A DNA stretch of 64,000 nt from Octopus vulgaris (Eukaryota), in assembly GCA_951406725.2 (NCBI GenBank), contig OX597826.1, positions 17,794,001-17,858,000 on the forward strand, written 5' to 3'. Below, piece after piece: positions 63,310-64,000 of the stretch. Numbering within the stretch: position 1 is the stretch's first letter; each line of letters begins with the position of its first letter. The translations under genes and the position numbers were made by a program. The notes under the pieces are model-generated. The model did no database searches, was not told where the DNA came from, and was given only the letters and a program-made list of their open reading frames with translations.

Positions 63310-64000
63310 ATTGATGTTCATAACTTACATTTGACGGATATTAGTCCTCATCTTGTTAACACAATGTTTCGGCTGATATACCCTCCAAGCCTTCATCAGG
63401 TGTCTTGGAGAAATTTCAAACCTGGGTTCTCATTCCTAAGGTATTTTTCGATGTTGTTATTGCTGGAATTGAACTTGGAATCTTGGGGTTAGTAGCTCTT
63501 AACCACTACGCCATATGCCCATGGGCAATTATGGAGTGAATTTTAGGGCTTATAAATCTAACATTTTCCTGTCCTTCCTTAATACCAATTCCCATATGCT
63601 ACTAGTGTTCTCTATTATTTTAACTTCATCCCACAGGGGAAGTTGGTCTCCATTTTCCCATACATGATCAGCTATACCCGATTTTTCAATATCTCGTTGT
63701 GTCACAGCTTTGCAATGTTCCTCTACCCTTCTTTTGAGGGGGTGGCATGTTTCGCCTTTGTATAACCTACCACAACTGCATGGGATGGAGTATACGCAGT
63801 GTTTGATCATGTTCTCTTCTATTGGTGGTTTTACTTGAAGGCGATATTTGCGAAGAGTTGTATTACTCTTGAACACTGTCCTGATGTCCTATGGGCCACG
63901 TATCTTTTATATCTTTCCAGAGAGGCCTTTCACATAGAGTAGGCAGACTATGGACAGTTTATTGGTTTCATCCCCTCTTTTCTTCATAATTGGAGTGGAG
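63310..64000 (-). mobile_element. Penelope-like element 3' end (GIY-YIG endonuclease and pLTR)
   Basis: ORF 63550-63876: CVYSIPCSCGRLYKGETCHPLKRRVEEH...SGIADH. Confidence 0.9.
63358..63403 (-). ncRNA. Minimal type I hammerhead ribozyme in the Penelope pLTR
   Basis: acac-CTGATGA-a-ggct...agcc-GAAAC-att-gtgt on the - strand. Confidence 0.75.

Overview
AT-rich, repeat-dense eukaryotic DNA. The tRNA-derived SINEs, RTE LINEs and TA/TG microsatellites resemble an octopus/coleoid cephalopod genome (inferred from repeat style, not checked against a database). Three protein-coding genes are present: (1) the last 13 exons of a P4-ATPase phospholipid flippase (ATP10-like) on + (322-31457); (2) TXNL4A/Dim1 with an intronless CDS on - (44256-44684) and a probable 5'UTR exon near 48161-48200; (3) NDUFA9 on + from 48414, head-to-head with TXNL4A and running off the window end after 9 exons. 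Introns and the intergenic space are packed with mariner, piggyBac-like, hAT, Helitron, RTE, R4/Dong-like and Penelope-like remnants. The most striking signals: many long inverted repeats/palindromes; several type I hammerhead ribozyme motifs inside them, including a G3-C8 core-swap variant and a sense/antisense pair in a perfect 400-bp palindrome; a Penelope end combining GIY-YIG, a tRNA-like Pol III cassette and a hammerhead; and near-perfect inverted duplications that bracket exons (possible dsRNA editing, skipping or circRNA substrates). All coordinates were read by eye and may be off by a few bases.
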